A DNA stretch of 64,000 nucleotides, taken from NCBI GenBank assembly GCA_031551565.1, contig JAVBNM010000003.1:36473-100472 (forward strand), given 5' to 3'. How positions within the stretch are numbered: the stretch's first letter is position 1; each line of letters opens with the position of its first letter. The translations under genes and the position numbers were made by a program. The DNA is from Desulfovibrionaceae bacterium (GTDB taxonomy: Bacteria; Desulfobacterota; Desulfovibrionia; Desulfovibrionales; Desulfovibrionaceae). Below, piece by piece: positions 17,108-27,005 of the stretch. Under the pieces are notes generated by a model, which saw only the letters and a program-made list of their open reading frames with translations, was not told the origin of the DNA and ran no database searches.

Positions 17108-18415
17108 TTAGGGCAACCTCCCTGTAGGATCATCTGCCCCGGTTTTTATCGCCAGAACTTTATCTATGCGGTTGCCGTCCATGTCGACAATTTCAAAGCG
17201 CCAGCCGTCCCAGTCGGTATGGTCGCCGGCCCGGGGCACTTTTTCCATGAGAAGCATCAGCATGCCGCTCAAGGTGTTGTAGCGTTTTTTCTCTTCCTCG
17301 GGAGCCGACTTCATGCCCAGGGTGTCTTTCATGTCCGGAATTGGCATTGTGCCGTCAAGCAGCCATGAGCCGTCTTCGCGCCTGTAGGCCATTGTGTCTT
17401 CGGCCTGGCCCGGGCTGAATTCGCCGGTAACGGCTTCCAGCATGTCCTGCATGGTCACTATGCCGTCGACTTCGCCGTATTCGTCGACGACAAAGGCCAT
17501 GGGGATGCCGCAGACCCTGAATTGTTCAAGCAGGCCAAGGCCGGTGATGGTTTCCGGGATGTAGCTGCCATGCTCAAGGCCGCTGGTGAAGTCCAGGGGC
17601 TGGTTGCGGGCCAGGGAGCCAAGCAACTGCTTGGCGTTGAGTACTCCGAGTATTGTCTCAAGCCCGCCGGAGCAGACCGGAAAGCGGGAATATTTCGAGT
17701 CGAGGATGGTCTTCAGGTTTTCCTCCGGACTGCGCGTGATGTCGATATAAGCCACCTCGGAACGCGGCACCATGAACGACCCCACGGTCCGGTCGTCAAG
17801 TCTGAGCAGATTGCGCATCATGATATGCTCCCGGCTCTCGATGACTCCGTCTTCCGTGCCCTGCTTGAGCATGGCGACAATCTCTTCTTCGGTCACAGAG
17901 TCGGCTTGCCCGGTGTCTGCCCCCAGTATTTTGAGTATGAAGTTGGTCGAGGAGGCCAGCAGCAGCACAAAGGGCCTGGCGATGAATGACAGCGTTTGCA
18001 TCGGGCGGGCCATGATCCTGGCGATTGATTCCGGATTCGACTGCCCAAGGCGTTTTGGCACAAGCTCGCCGATGACTATCGAGAGGTAGGTGACGATGAC
18101 GACAATGGCCGCTATGGCTGTATTTGAGGCCACCGACATGGACAATCCCAGGGAGACGAGCCAGTTGGCCAGCGGAGCGGCCAGAACGGATTCGCCAACG
18201 ATGCCGCTAAGTATCCCGATTGAGGTTATTCCTATCTGGACAGTGGACAGAAAGCCGGTAGGGTTTTCGCCAAGTTTTAGGGCTGTCGCGGCAGACAGGT
18301 CGCCGTCTTCAGCCGCTTTGGCCAGACGCGCCTTTCGGGCCGTGACCAGGGCGATCTCGGCCATTGCGAAGAGCCCGTTTAGAATTATAAGTCCAAGAAG
18401 TATCACCACTTTCAT
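17108..18415 (-). CDS. Hemolysin-family CNNM/CBS/CorC transporter
   Basis: NGLFAMAEIALV, FLSTVQIGIT, GELVPKRLG, VDEYGEVDGIVT and DMDGNRIDKV motifs. Confidence 0.9.
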   Translation of the reverse strand: MKVVILLGLIILNGLFAMAEIALVTARKARLAKAAEDGDLSAATALKLGENPTGFLSTVQIGITSIGILSGIVGESVLAAPLANWLVSLGLSMSVASNTAIAAIVVIVTYLSIVIGELVPKRLGQSNPESIARIMARPMQTLSFIARPFVLLLASSTNFILKILGADTGQADSVTEEEIVAMLKQGTEDGVIESREHIMMRNLLRLDDRTVGSFMVPRSEVAYIDITRSPEENLKTILDSKYSRFPVCSGGLETILGVLNAKQLLGSLARNQPLDFTSGLEHGSYIPETITGLGLLEQFRVCGIPMAFVVDEYGEVDGIVTMQDMLEAVTGEFSPGQAEDTMAYRREDGSWLLDGTMPIPDMKDTLGMKSAPEEEKKRYNTLSGMLMLLMEKVPRAGDHTDWDGWRFEIVDMDGNRIDKVLAIKTGADDPTGRLP

Positions 18416-18546
18416 ATGAGGGAGATCCTTAAAATATTGGAAAGGAGATGCTACCTGCAGCCTAAGTAAAATGCCAGATAATGGCAAGCGGCGAGTATTG
18501 CTTCGCGCGGCTCCGGGGCCGCTTTGCGCGGACATCTGCGGACATC

Positions 18547-18573
18547 TAAAGATTCGGCTCAATGCGCCGATAT
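18547..18573 (+). promoter_or_regulatory. Sigma-28 (FliA) promoter for fliS
   Basis: TAAA-N15-GCCGATAT. Confidence 0.8.
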
Positions 18574-18804
18574 CTGCTGGTAGAGGGACAGCACGGCGAA
18601 CCTGCTGGCATTATTATTGCTGTAATTTCGGACGAGGGAAACCCCTGCCGGGACGGCAAGAATTTCCTTCTGGCTCAATCTGTCGCCGGTTTGACCAAAG
18701 CGCAAAAATGCTGGTCCGGCAATTAGATTTTGGAAACAGCAACTGACTTTAATCGCGATGATTCCGGCTTTGGCCGGAGAAAGAGGCGTAACTGGAGACT
18801 TAAT

Positions 18805-19563
18805 ATGCTGAAGGCAAATCAGGCCTATATGCAGACACAGGTTACGACCACCAACCAGGGTGAGGTGGTGGTCATGCTTTACGACGGGGCCATCAAGTTC
18901 TTGAACCGATCAAAAGATTTGATGGAAAAGAAGGATTTTGCCGGCAAGGGCAACATGATCTCAAGGGCTCTTGACATCATCAACGAACTTGACAGTTCTC
19001 TGAACCTGGAAAAAGGCGGGGAGATCGCCAAGAATTTGCACAGTCTGTATTTTTTCTGCAATTCCAGGTTGCTGATGGCCAATTTGAAGGCCAGCCCAAT
19101 GATTGTGGATGAGGTCATCAAGATTCTCTCAGGCTTACGGGACGCCTACGCGCAGATTCTGAGCAATCCCGAAGCGCAGGCGGCGGCGGTCAAGGCGGCC
19201 GCGTCTCTGCCGGCTGAGGCCACAAGAACCCAGATCGGCCGCGCCACACCGGGTCCGCAGAATGCGGCGTCTTTTTCCAACGCCAGAGGGGCCAGCCTCT
19301 ACGCCAAGGGCAACCGCGCGTTCGGGGGCACACCAGTTCAGCAGCAGGCGGCAAGTCCTGCTGCCGCGGTCGACCCTGGACAGCAAAGCCAGGCTGCCGT
19401 TCAGGCCGTGGAATCAGCCGCTGTCCATGCTCCGGCGGAACAGCCGGCCCCGCGATCAACCCTGGATGTTGAGCCACCAGCAGGCGAAACACCAAACTTC
19501 GCCGCCGCCAGGATGGCCAAAGCCGCCATCTATCGCAAGCTGTCCACCAGCGCCCAGCAGTAA
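18805..19563 (+). CDS. fliS: Flagellar export chaperone FliS with C-terminal extension
   Basis: VVMLYDGAIKFL, ELDSSLNLEKGGEIAKNLHSLY and LRDAY motifs; GGAG SD before ATG 18805. Confidence 0.92.
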   Translation: MLKANQAYMQTQVTTTNQGEVVVMLYDGAIKFLNRSKDLMEKKDFAGKGNMISRALDIINELDSSLNLEKGGEIAKNLHSLYFFCNSRLLMANLKASPMIVDEVIKILSGLRDAYAQILSNPEAQAAAVKAAASLPAEATRTQIGRATPGPQNAASFSNARGASLYAKGNRAFGGTPVQQQAASPAAAVDPGQQSQAAVQAVESAAVHAPAEQPAPRSTLDVEPPAGETPNFAAARMAKAAIYRKLSTSAQQ

Positions 19564-19568
19564 CGCAA

Positions 19569-19600
19569 GCGGCCCGGCTTCTCAGCCGGGCCGCGTTTTT
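19569..19600 (+). terminator. Intrinsic terminator after fliS
   Basis: GCGGCCCGGCT-tctc-AGCCGGGCCGC-GTTTTT. Confidence 0.85.
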
Positions 19601-19643
19601 GGGTCGGCGTTTATATCATTCCCTCAATTTTTTGCCGCACGTT

Positions 19644-20390
19644 TCAGCCGGCAGCCGGGAGCGGCACGCTGATTTCTTTGTCTTCCTGCTTGTCCAGGTC
19701 GGCCCAGTCAGCCTTTTGTTTTACCGAAGTTTCGGTGACTTTCAATTCGCCCTTGTCCAGATCGGCGCCGGTGAGCAGGTAGTTTTGCGTTTCCGTGGCC
19801 TCAATTACCGGGACGATTTGCGCGACGGCGGTGTCATACACCACAATCGAGGTCCAGCCGTCGAAGTCGGACTCCACAGGGCGTGGTTCCTTATCAGATT
19901 CAACCATTGTGAAGGCGAAGCGATGGGGATCGAGCCAGATGGGGTCATACATCCCCGTGAGCGTGGCTTTTGCCTCGGTCGCCTTGAAGTCGTAGAGGAA
20001 CAAATCCCGTACAACCCAGGTCCCGGTATCCATCACCATCTGCTTTCCATCCGGGCTGAAAAAGATGTTGCCTACCGTGGCCGCATCCTCGTAAGGCAGG
20101 AAAAACAGCGGCTGGTCCTTGTCGTCAAAGAAATAAATCCCGCCTTCAGAGCCTTTCATCTCCTCATTGTTTTCCGGGTCAACGGCGACCCAGAAAATGC
20201 CCACATTCTCGGCCGGCATGACGTCGACGTTCTCAATCTTTTGACGTGTGCCGTCTGGGGCGACCCTGTAGACGGTCTCTTTTTCCAGAACGTACGTCTC
20301 CTTGGCGGCGAAAGCGGTCGCCGCAAGGCAGAGCAAGGCCAGCAGGGTACAACAAACGACTTTCCATGAAAATTTTCTGGCAGAATTCAC
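19644..20390 (-). CDS. Exported hypothetical protein
   Basis: Signal peptide ending TAFAA; acidic beta-rich body; AGGAG SD. Confidence 0.7.
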   Translation of the reverse strand: MNSARKFSWKVVCCTLLALLCLAATAFAAKETYVLEKETVYRVAPDGTRQKIENVDVMPAENVGIFWVAVDPENNEEMKGSEGGIYFFDDKDQPLFFLPYEDAATVGNIFFSPDGKQMVMDTGTWVVRDLFLYDFKATEAKATLTGMYDPIWLDPHRFAFTMVESDKEPRPVESDFDGWTSIVVYDTAVAQIVPVIEATETQNYLLTGADLDKGELKVTETSVKQKADWADLDKQEDKEISVPLPAAG

Positions 20391-20672
20391 TTTTGTAACT
20401 CCTTTTCAAAATTTCCTGTTGTGTGCGGCAATAGAGGAGCGTCGACAAACAAAGCGCTTGCCGCGCGCGACGCTCATCTGGACAGAATCCACAGATGTCG
20501 CAAACATATCGTTTTTTGAACAGTGCCGTCAACGCCATGCCGGACAAATCCGGCTAAAAACAAACCCCTCTATTGCCCATAAGGCAAAGGAGGGGTTTTG
20601 GCTGAGGGGGGCACAGCGCCTGGGCTTGCGGCCAAAGTGGCGCTGGCTCCGCTGGTTTGTCTTTCCCTAATC

Positions 20673-21617
20673 TTAGTGGATTACTATTTCGATTACCTGG
20701 TCGGAGATTTTGTTTACGTCGTGCTTAGACGCTTTCTTTTTCAGATCGAGGACGATTCTCGGACCGGCGTCCTGCTTGCCTACCCTCACTCCGGAGATCA
20801 TGTTGTTGGAGGGGACGTTTGGCGCGCGCACCTCTTCCCATTTGCCGGCGAGATCCACGACCAGGCGCTCAGGGTCGTTGAGCGCAAAGGTTTTAATCTG
20901 GAAGGGGGAGTCTGCCTCGATTCGCAGCCTCATGCCCTGGCCGGCGAAATGCAGGCTGATGTTCCTGAGAATGTGGCTGTCTTTGGCAGTCTTGGTCTGG
21001 GCGGCCTGCTCCGTGTTTTTTGGAGCATCGGCCTGCGGTTTGTCGGGATTCTTCGAAGGCTCGGCCTTTTGTGGTTCCTTTTTTTGCGGGATGCCGCTTG
21101 AGCCTGCGGACGGTTTTTGCGTATCGGCCGGCGCGGCTGGGCGTTGAGCTGGCTTTTCCGTCTTGGTCCCGGTGGAGGCGGATGGGGTGGCGGCTTGTTC
21201 GCTTGTCTCGGGTGCTGTTTGCCCTTTGCCCGCGTCACGCGCCAGATTGGCCGCGCTGTCGCCTTGCTCTTGCGTTTTCGCCTGCGCTTGAGCGCCGTTG
21301 TTGACGGGCGGGAGTATTCTTGGCTTTTCGCCCGGATATGCCGGCGTGACCACGATGGGGGCGGTCTTTGCCTGGCCTGAATCGGCGGACATGGCGCCGC
21401 TGGCGGCGCCGGCGTTGTTTTGGGACGAACCCGGCCCGGCGAGTACGGAATCGCGCAGGTTCACCGTGGAGTCATCCAGTGCCGGTACGTCCCGGGCATC
21501 GGTGGCGAGCGTGGCTCTTTTTACCGGCGGATCGTTGTCGCCGACATAGGAATATAGGATCAGCCCCATGGCGCAGGCCAGCACTACAAGGATGAACACG
21601 GTTATGCCCTTGTTCAT
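20673..21617 (-). CDS. Membrane-anchored AMIN-domain protein
   Basis: N-terminal TM, long Pro/Ala/Gln linker, C-terminal PERLVVDL...VRVGKQ..RIVLDL. Confidence 0.8.
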   Translation of the reverse strand: MNKGITVFILVVLACAMGLILYSYVGDNDPPVKRATLATDARDVPALDDSTVNLRDSVLAGPGSSQNNAGAASGAMSADSGQAKTAPIVVTPAYPGEKPRILPPVNNGAQAQAKTQEQGDSAANLARDAGKGQTAPETSEQAATPSASTGTKTEKPAQRPAAPADTQKPSAGSSGIPQKKEPQKAEPSKNPDKPQADAPKNTEQAAQTKTAKDSHILRNISLHFAGQGMRLRIEADSPFQIKTFALNDPERLVVDLAGKWEEVRAPNVPSNNMISGVRVGKQDAGPRIVLDLKKKASKHDVNKISDQVIEIVIH

Positions 21618-21701
21618 TTGATTACCTCTTTTTCATTCATTGCAAGATTTGCCTGGCCTAAGTCCGCTCAGGATGGGGCGGGGGCCGACGGCGGACATCT
21701 G

Positions 21702-22673
21702 CTACATGGAAGAGTTGAGAAAGTTCAGAAAGTTTCTGGCCGTGTCGAAATCCGGAGCGATGGTCAGGGACCGGGTCAGGTATTTTCTGGCTTCCTCGAA
21801 TTTTCCCAAGTCGTAGTTGGTCCGGGCTATGTTGAAAAGGATATTGGCATCCTCCGGGGAAAAATTCAAGGCCTTCATGTGGCTGAAGAGCGCCAGGGCG
21901 AGATGTTTTTCCCGGCGAAGCGCCAGGCCGAATTCCGTAAACAGAAATGCCTGGCCGGGTATTGCGCCGAAATCGTGTTGGAGGAATACGGCGCATTCGT
22001 CCACGGCGCTCGCGCTGTTGCCGTCCGCCATTTTGTCGATGATACTGTAAAATTCCTTGCGGAGCGTGTCCTCGTCAAATTCCAGCGCAGCCAGGCGGCT
22101 GCGGCACGCGTCTAGCGGATCGTCCAGAGCGTCTTGCCGGGCCTTGGTTTGCTTTGGTTTGGCCGTACGGGCCTTGCCGGAGTTTTTCCTCTCTTCGCCA
22201 TGCGCCAAGGATGCTGTTTCCGGATCGGCAAAGAGAGGGTCATTCACGGGGAACAGTTGCGGCTCATGATCGTCGGAGCGCAAGGCCATCTGCCTGAGCT
22301 CGCCGCAGTCGCCCATGTTCATTTGGTTTGCGACTTCAGCCGGGAGGTCCTCATGGGGGAAATCTTGCAGATACCATTGGGCGAGCAGGTTGGGGGCTGA
22401 CGCGTTTATGGTTTGCGAGGGCAAGTTGGGCCTGTGCGCGGCAGACGTGTTTTCGCCCGCCGGCTCAAGCGGGGCGAAGATGCTCATGAATTCTTTGCCG
22501 CCCATAAGCGAAAGAGAGCCGCTGGGATTTTTGTCATAGTCCAGAGGCTGAATCATGTATTTGCCGTCAGGCATGGCCCAGGCCTGCCACATGCCGCTTG
22601 CGCTGCGAGAGGGCAATATGCCCGCCCTGGATTCCTTGGCGGCATATATTCCCACAAATACCGCATTGTTCAC
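21702..22673 (-). CDS. Tetratricopeptide repeat protein
   Basis: C-terminal TPRs (ALNFSPEDANILFNIART, SLTIAPDF). Confidence 0.75.
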   Translation of the reverse strand: MNNAVFVGIYAAKESRAGILPSRSASGMWQAWAMPDGKYMIQPLDYDKNPSGSLSLMGGKEFMSIFAPLEPAGENTSAAHRPNLPSQTINASAPNLLAQWYLQDFPHEDLPAEVANQMNMGDCGELRQMALRSDDHEPQLFPVNDPLFADPETASLAHGEERKNSGKARTAKPKQTKARQDALDDPLDACRSRLAALEFDEDTLRKEFYSIIDKMADGNSASAVDECAVFLQHDFGAIPGQAFLFTEFGLALRREKHLALALFSHMKALNFSPEDANILFNIARTNYDLGKFEEARKYLTRSLTIAPDFDTARNFLNFLNSSM

Positions 22674-23059
22674 TGAGTCCTCCGCGTCCTGAAGGAAAAA
22701 TGGGATGTTCCAGCCTGTCGCGCGGCGTGGAACGGATAATCGTCTTCATGCAGGTGCTTTTTTAACTTTACGGACGCAAAAGCGCATGGCGCCTTTTGGG
22801 GCCGCCGTTGCGGGCTTCGCGTCCGTGAAGTGGAACATAACCCATTCACTTCAAAATGAAAATCCCCCCTTGAGAGTTCTTGGCGGTATTTGCGGGGGAA
22901 ATACCCGGACAGCGTCGTCGCGGGATGTCTTTTGCCATGAAGCCAAAGTTGCGTCAGGGCCCTCTGAAGGCCATGGTAAATATGTACACGTTTTAAGGCG
23001 GCTTTGGCTCGCCTGGGCGGGTGGCAAAATTGTATTTGGAAACAGCCCCGCGAGGCGGG

Positions 23060-25729
23060 TCAGCGTTTTGTGGTTTTGCTTGTCTGCTGAGGGCCTTTTT
23101 GGGGCGGGCTTGGCATTTTGCTCGCCTGTTTGGCCTTGGCCTTGGAGAAGACTTTTGCCTTGATGCTCTCGAACCTGATCACGGTGCGCAAAATTGCCAC
23201 GCCAAACGCTAAAACGCAGAGCAGAAAGAATAGCGCTTTTTGCATGTAGAGGCGGTTTTCGGAGATGGCGCTCACTGTCCAGTTCAGCCCGATCCTGTCG
23301 CCATACATTATAAGCAGGGGCAGGATCACGAAAATGCAGAGAAAGCCGACGATGACCAGGGCGATGAAAACTTGAAGGGTGGACAACATAAACAATGTCG
23401 AATCGCGGATGATCCGCAAAAAACGCAGGCGGGATTCCAGCTTCTTGAGCCTGGCTTCTTCCTGCTCGGCCAGAAGTTGGGCCTTTTTGAAAGCCTCAGG
23501 CAACTGCAGGTTCGCTTGCAGGGCCCAGTTCAAGTTGGCCACGGCCAGGTTGTAATTTTTGTTGAACTCGCCAAGTGCCTTGGGGAAGGGGAACCATGCG
23601 GCCTCACCATGGATGTGGCGCAGCTTTTCTGTGAACTCCTTGAACTTGCTTTTAAAGTCCCCGGCCTCCTTTTTGACCAGAGATTGCGATTCCTGGTCGA
23701 GCAGTGCCCGGCCCCTGATGACTTTTTGGAAGGCGACGAAGTTCTGGATTTCGGAGAGATGGAGCAGGCGTTCGATTTGTCCGCCCGCCTGAGCGGCGAA
23801 GGGGTGGGCCGGCAGAAACCATGAGTCAAGGCCAGCGCGCATGGCCTTTAGGCTGTCGGCCTCCTCCTTGGCCCTGTTTCTGGCATTTTCAAACAATGCT
23901 GAAAAGGCCGTATGGATTTGCGTGCTGCCCCGCTCAAGTTCGGTGTCGAGGAGGATCATGTTGAAACAGTTGGCGTCTCTTGCCACCATTGTCGTGATCA
24001 CCGATATGGCCTTGTCGGCAAAGCCGCTTTTTACGGTACACACCATTCTGCGGTAGGCCGCTTCCGCCCAGTTGGGGAGGATCCGCAGGATTTGCTCGTA
24101 CTGGGCGATTGCCTGGGGCAGCCTTAGATCGTATTCTATCGCCCTGGCCTGGAGGAGCATCAGCCAGCCCTGCTGGAAGGGCACGTTGCAGAACAGTTCG
24201 GCCTCTTTCCAGGCCGATATGGCCTGGCCCACATCCCCTTTTTCAATCGCCAGAAAACCTTTTAGGCACATTAACCTGAAATCCTTGGGAAAGCGCACCA
24301 AAAGCGTGTGCAGGGTTTTTTCGGCGTCACCGGGATCCAAGGTGCTGAAATCATGCAAGACGCCCCAGGCCGGGCTGTCGTTTTCAGGGGACAGATTCGC
24401 AAAGGCCTTGTTGGGGTCACGGTTTTTCATGCGCCAGAATGTGCTGATGCTGCGCACCTGCACCGGCCAGTTCAATTCGTAGAGGGTCCGGTAGAAGACT
24501 CCTTCAGGTGAATCGTCCTGAGCCAGCCCGGCCACGCTTTGCCCTTCAGCCACCCTCTTGTTGATTTCGCAGGATGCCTTGACCATTTCTTCAATGTCGA
24601 GGTCGGCAAGATGATCCCAGGCGTCGCGCCCGTGTTCCGGCATGCTGCGGGTCGGGCATTCTGCGGTCGGGTGGCTGCGCTGTCCGCAGTAGAAGCAGTG
24701 CCGGTACGGGCCAAGAACCAGGTTGGTGGGCACAAGCTGCGGCAAGGTATAGCCGATCAGTTGCTCTCCGGTGTTCAGACTGATGTTGGTCCAGTCGTTT
24801 TGGTCGTGGTTTCGCACCGCGAAGCCGACTTCGTGTATCTTGAAATCATCGCCCATGAAGAGGGCGTTGCGCATGCTCATGTGCGGGTAGTCGGGCGAGA
24901 GCTGTTCCCAGTCCAGCCCGACTTTGTGCGGCAGATCCTCGCTGAAGGTCAGATTTTTACGGTCGACGATGGCCTGGACGCAGGGCCAGTAATGCTGGGG
25001 TGAATCCGTCTTGAGTTTGTCGATCAGGGTAAGCAGGTCGTTGCACCATGACCGGCATAACCGCATGGACTCAATGGGGAAAACCAGAAAGAAGTCATGA
25101 ATGGTGAAGCGAAATTTGTTGCGCTGAAGCAGCGGCTCAATCTGGCCGAAAAACTCACGCCATCCGACCTGGAAGGCCTTGTCCAGGGGGTTGCCCACCG
25201 GCCTTAAAATGGCGTACCAGCCCATGGAGGGCTGATAGGGCAACCTGGCGTCGACCTCTAAAAGATCCCAGTCGCTGTCCGACATGCCCTTGGACAGCGT
25301 TTTTTTCTTCAGCGACATTCCTGGTATCGCCCTGGCCGCCATGGCCGAGCCGGGGTGTACCCAGACCTTGAAGCCGCTCTCAACATCCAGTTCTTGCTTC
25401 CAGAAGGGCTCGTCGAAAATAAGCTGCTTTTTTTCGTTCTGCCCGACCCGAAGGCGCGCCGGGAAGACCTGCATGGTTACGGCCAACTGGTTGAAACGTG
25501 ACCAGACAGACAGCCTGGCCAAGGCCAGAAAGATTTCCGGCGAGAAGAAGAACCAGAGGCTTTGCGCCCCTTCGGCAGCGCATTTGACCCCGCCGTAGTC
25601 TTCAAGAGTCTGCTCAAGCACGGGGTTTAGCTCGGCTTGCCAGATGAACCACAGGCCAAAGCCGTCGGCCTGCATGATTGCGTCTCTTACTTCAGACTGT
25701 TTGGAGCGAAGCGCTTCAAGGCGTGCCAT
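23060..25729 (-). CDS. Large TPR/coiled-coil protein with a CCHC zinc knuckle and two C-terminal TM helices
   Basis: 889-aa ORF; CFYCGQRSHPTAEC (C-X2-C-X4-H-X4-C); TPR-like helices; hydrophobic C-terminal segments. Confidence 0.75.
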   Translation of the reverse strand: MARLEALRSKQSEVRDAIMQADGFGLWFIWQAELNPVLEQTLEDYGGVKCAAEGAQSLWFFFSPEIFLALARLSVWSRFNQLAVTMQVFPARLRVGQNEKKQLIFDEPFWKQELDVESGFKVWVHPGSAMAARAIPGMSLKKKTLSKGMSDSDWDLLEVDARLPYQPSMGWYAILRPVGNPLDKAFQVGWREFFGQIEPLLQRNKFRFTIHDFFLVFPIESMRLCRSWCNDLLTLIDKLKTDSPQHYWPCVQAIVDRKNLTFSEDLPHKVGLDWEQLSPDYPHMSMRNALFMGDDFKIHEVGFAVRNHDQNDWTNISLNTGEQLIGYTLPQLVPTNLVLGPYRHCFYCGQRSHPTAECPTRSMPEHGRDAWDHLADLDIEEMVKASCEINKRVAEGQSVAGLAQDDSPEGVFYRTLYELNWPVQVRSISTFWRMKNRDPNKAFANLSPENDSPAWGVLHDFSTLDPGDAEKTLHTLLVRFPKDFRLMCLKGFLAIEKGDVGQAISAWKEAELFCNVPFQQGWLMLLQARAIEYDLRLPQAIAQYEQILRILPNWAEAAYRRMVCTVKSGFADKAISVITTMVARDANCFNMILLDTELERGSTQIHTAFSALFENARNRAKEEADSLKAMRAGLDSWFLPAHPFAAQAGGQIERLLHLSEIQNFVAFQKVIRGRALLDQESQSLVKKEAGDFKSKFKEFTEKLRHIHGEAAWFPFPKALGEFNKNYNLAVANLNWALQANLQLPEAFKKAQLLAEQEEARLKKLESRLRFLRIIRDSTLFMLSTLQVFIALVIVGFLCIFVILPLLIMYGDRIGLNWTVSAISENRLYMQKALFFLLCVLAFGVAILRTVIRFESIKAKVFSKAKAKQASKMPSPPQKGPQQTSKTTKR

Positions 25730-25934
25730 CGGGTTACCTCGTCAAAAATATATCTCACCGGAAAATATTACCACCAGCAACGCAGACGAGACGGACAAAA
25801 CTCCGGGGTCTGACAGTGTAGGCCATTCTATTGCTTGCGTTGAAAAACAGCTATGGTATTGATGTGTTACGCATATGCCTGCACAGCGTGCCGATTGCGT
25901 CCTGTTTTATGGGCGCGCAACATCACAACTTTCC

Positions 25935-25953
25935 ATTGCGAAATAAATGCAAT
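25935..25953. promoter_or_regulatory. 19-bp palindrome, candidate operator for the ABC operon
   Basis: ATTGC-GAAATAAAT-GCAAT upstream of a TTGATT...TATTAT/TATTGT promoter-like site. Confidence 0.4.
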
Positions 25954-26050
25954 TTTTATACCTTACTGTGAGCACTTGATTTTGTCCAGATTCGCGTATT
26001 ATTGTTAAACACGCGCAATGCCATATCTGGCCTGCAACGTTGGGGAGCCC

Positions 26051-26974
26051 ATGAAAACAATCATTTTGCTTCTGACACTGGTCCTTTTTTCCGGCTGCGG
26101 CGGCCAGAGCGACGAGCGCAGCGACAGCGTCCTGGTCATCGGGGTCATGCCCTCGATGGACTATCTGCCTTTGGCCGTGGCGGTTGAGCGGGGTTATTTG
26201 TCAAAGGGCAACTGCGATCTGGTCATTCAGAGATTCTTCTCGGCCAACGAGCGCGATGCGGCTTTGCAGGCCGGGAAGATCGACGGCTGCGTCATTGACT
26301 ATACCGGCGCGATCCTTTTGCGGGCCGGGGGGATGGATGTCCGGCTGACATCGGCCTGCGACGGCGTCTTTTATCTTGTGGCCGGCAGGGACAGCGGCAT
26401 CGCCTCGCTTGAGCAGGCCCGCAACAAGAGCCTTGGCATCGCGCAACACACAGTCATCGAATACTTTGCGGAGCGCGCCCTGGCAGACGCGGGCCTTAAG
26501 CCCCAAGATGTTGTGAAGGTGGAACTCAACAGGATTCCGATTCGCTACGAGTTGCTGATCAACGGTAAAATCGACATGGCCGGCCTGCCAGACCCCCTGG
26601 CCTTCTTGGCCAGAGCCGAGGGCGGCGTGGTCTTGACCGACAACCGCAAACTCGGCCTGTCAATTACAGGCGTTGCTTTCTTGAACGACTCCCTGAAAAA
26701 GAAAGCCGGAGCGATCCGGGAAATGTACGCGGCTTGGAACAAGGGGGTGGATTTCATCCGCCAAAACGGGACAGATGGCGTGCGGGGCATCCTGGTGAAG
26801 GAGTTTGGTTTTCCTGAAGATCTGGTCTCAGGCTACTCGCTTCCGCCTTACAGCAAGGTCAGGCCGGTCGCTGCCGGGGATATCGAGCGGGTGGCGGCCT
26901 GGCTGGCGGGCAAGGGGCTGATTAAGGCCGGATTTGACTCCGGCTCCGTCATTGACGCTTCTTTTGCCGATTAA
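26051..26974 (+). CDS. ABC transporter substrate-binding lipoprotein (NitT/TauT/SsuA-like)
   Basis: Lipobox LFSG-C; FSANERDAALQAGKIDG; first gene of a three-gene ABC operon. Confidence 0.85.
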   Translation: MKTIILLLTLVLFSGCGGQSDERSDSVLVIGVMPSMDYLPLAVAVERGYLSKGNCDLVIQRFFSANERDAALQAGKIDGCVIDYTGAILLRAGGMDVRLTSACDGVFYLVAGRDSGIASLEQARNKSLGIAQHTVIEYFAERALADAGLKPQDVVKVELNRIPIRYELLINGKIDMAGLPDPLAFLARAEGGVVLTDNRKLGLSITGVAFLNDSLKKKAGAIREMYAAWNKGVDFIRQNGTDGVRGILVKEFGFPEDLVSGYSLPPYSKVRPVAAGDIERVAAWLAGKGLIKAGFDSGSVIDASFAD

Positions 26975-27005
26975 ACAGTCCTTAACTTTTTGTATCTGAC
27001 GGATA

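Noticed and set aside
18416-18804. Upstream extensions of the CNNM ORF (to 18562) and fliS ORF (from 18730)
   Set aside because: The family-typical N-termini begin at 18415 and 18805 (the latter with a GGAG SD); the CNNM extension overlaps the sigma-28 promoter and the fliS extension lies in its leader.
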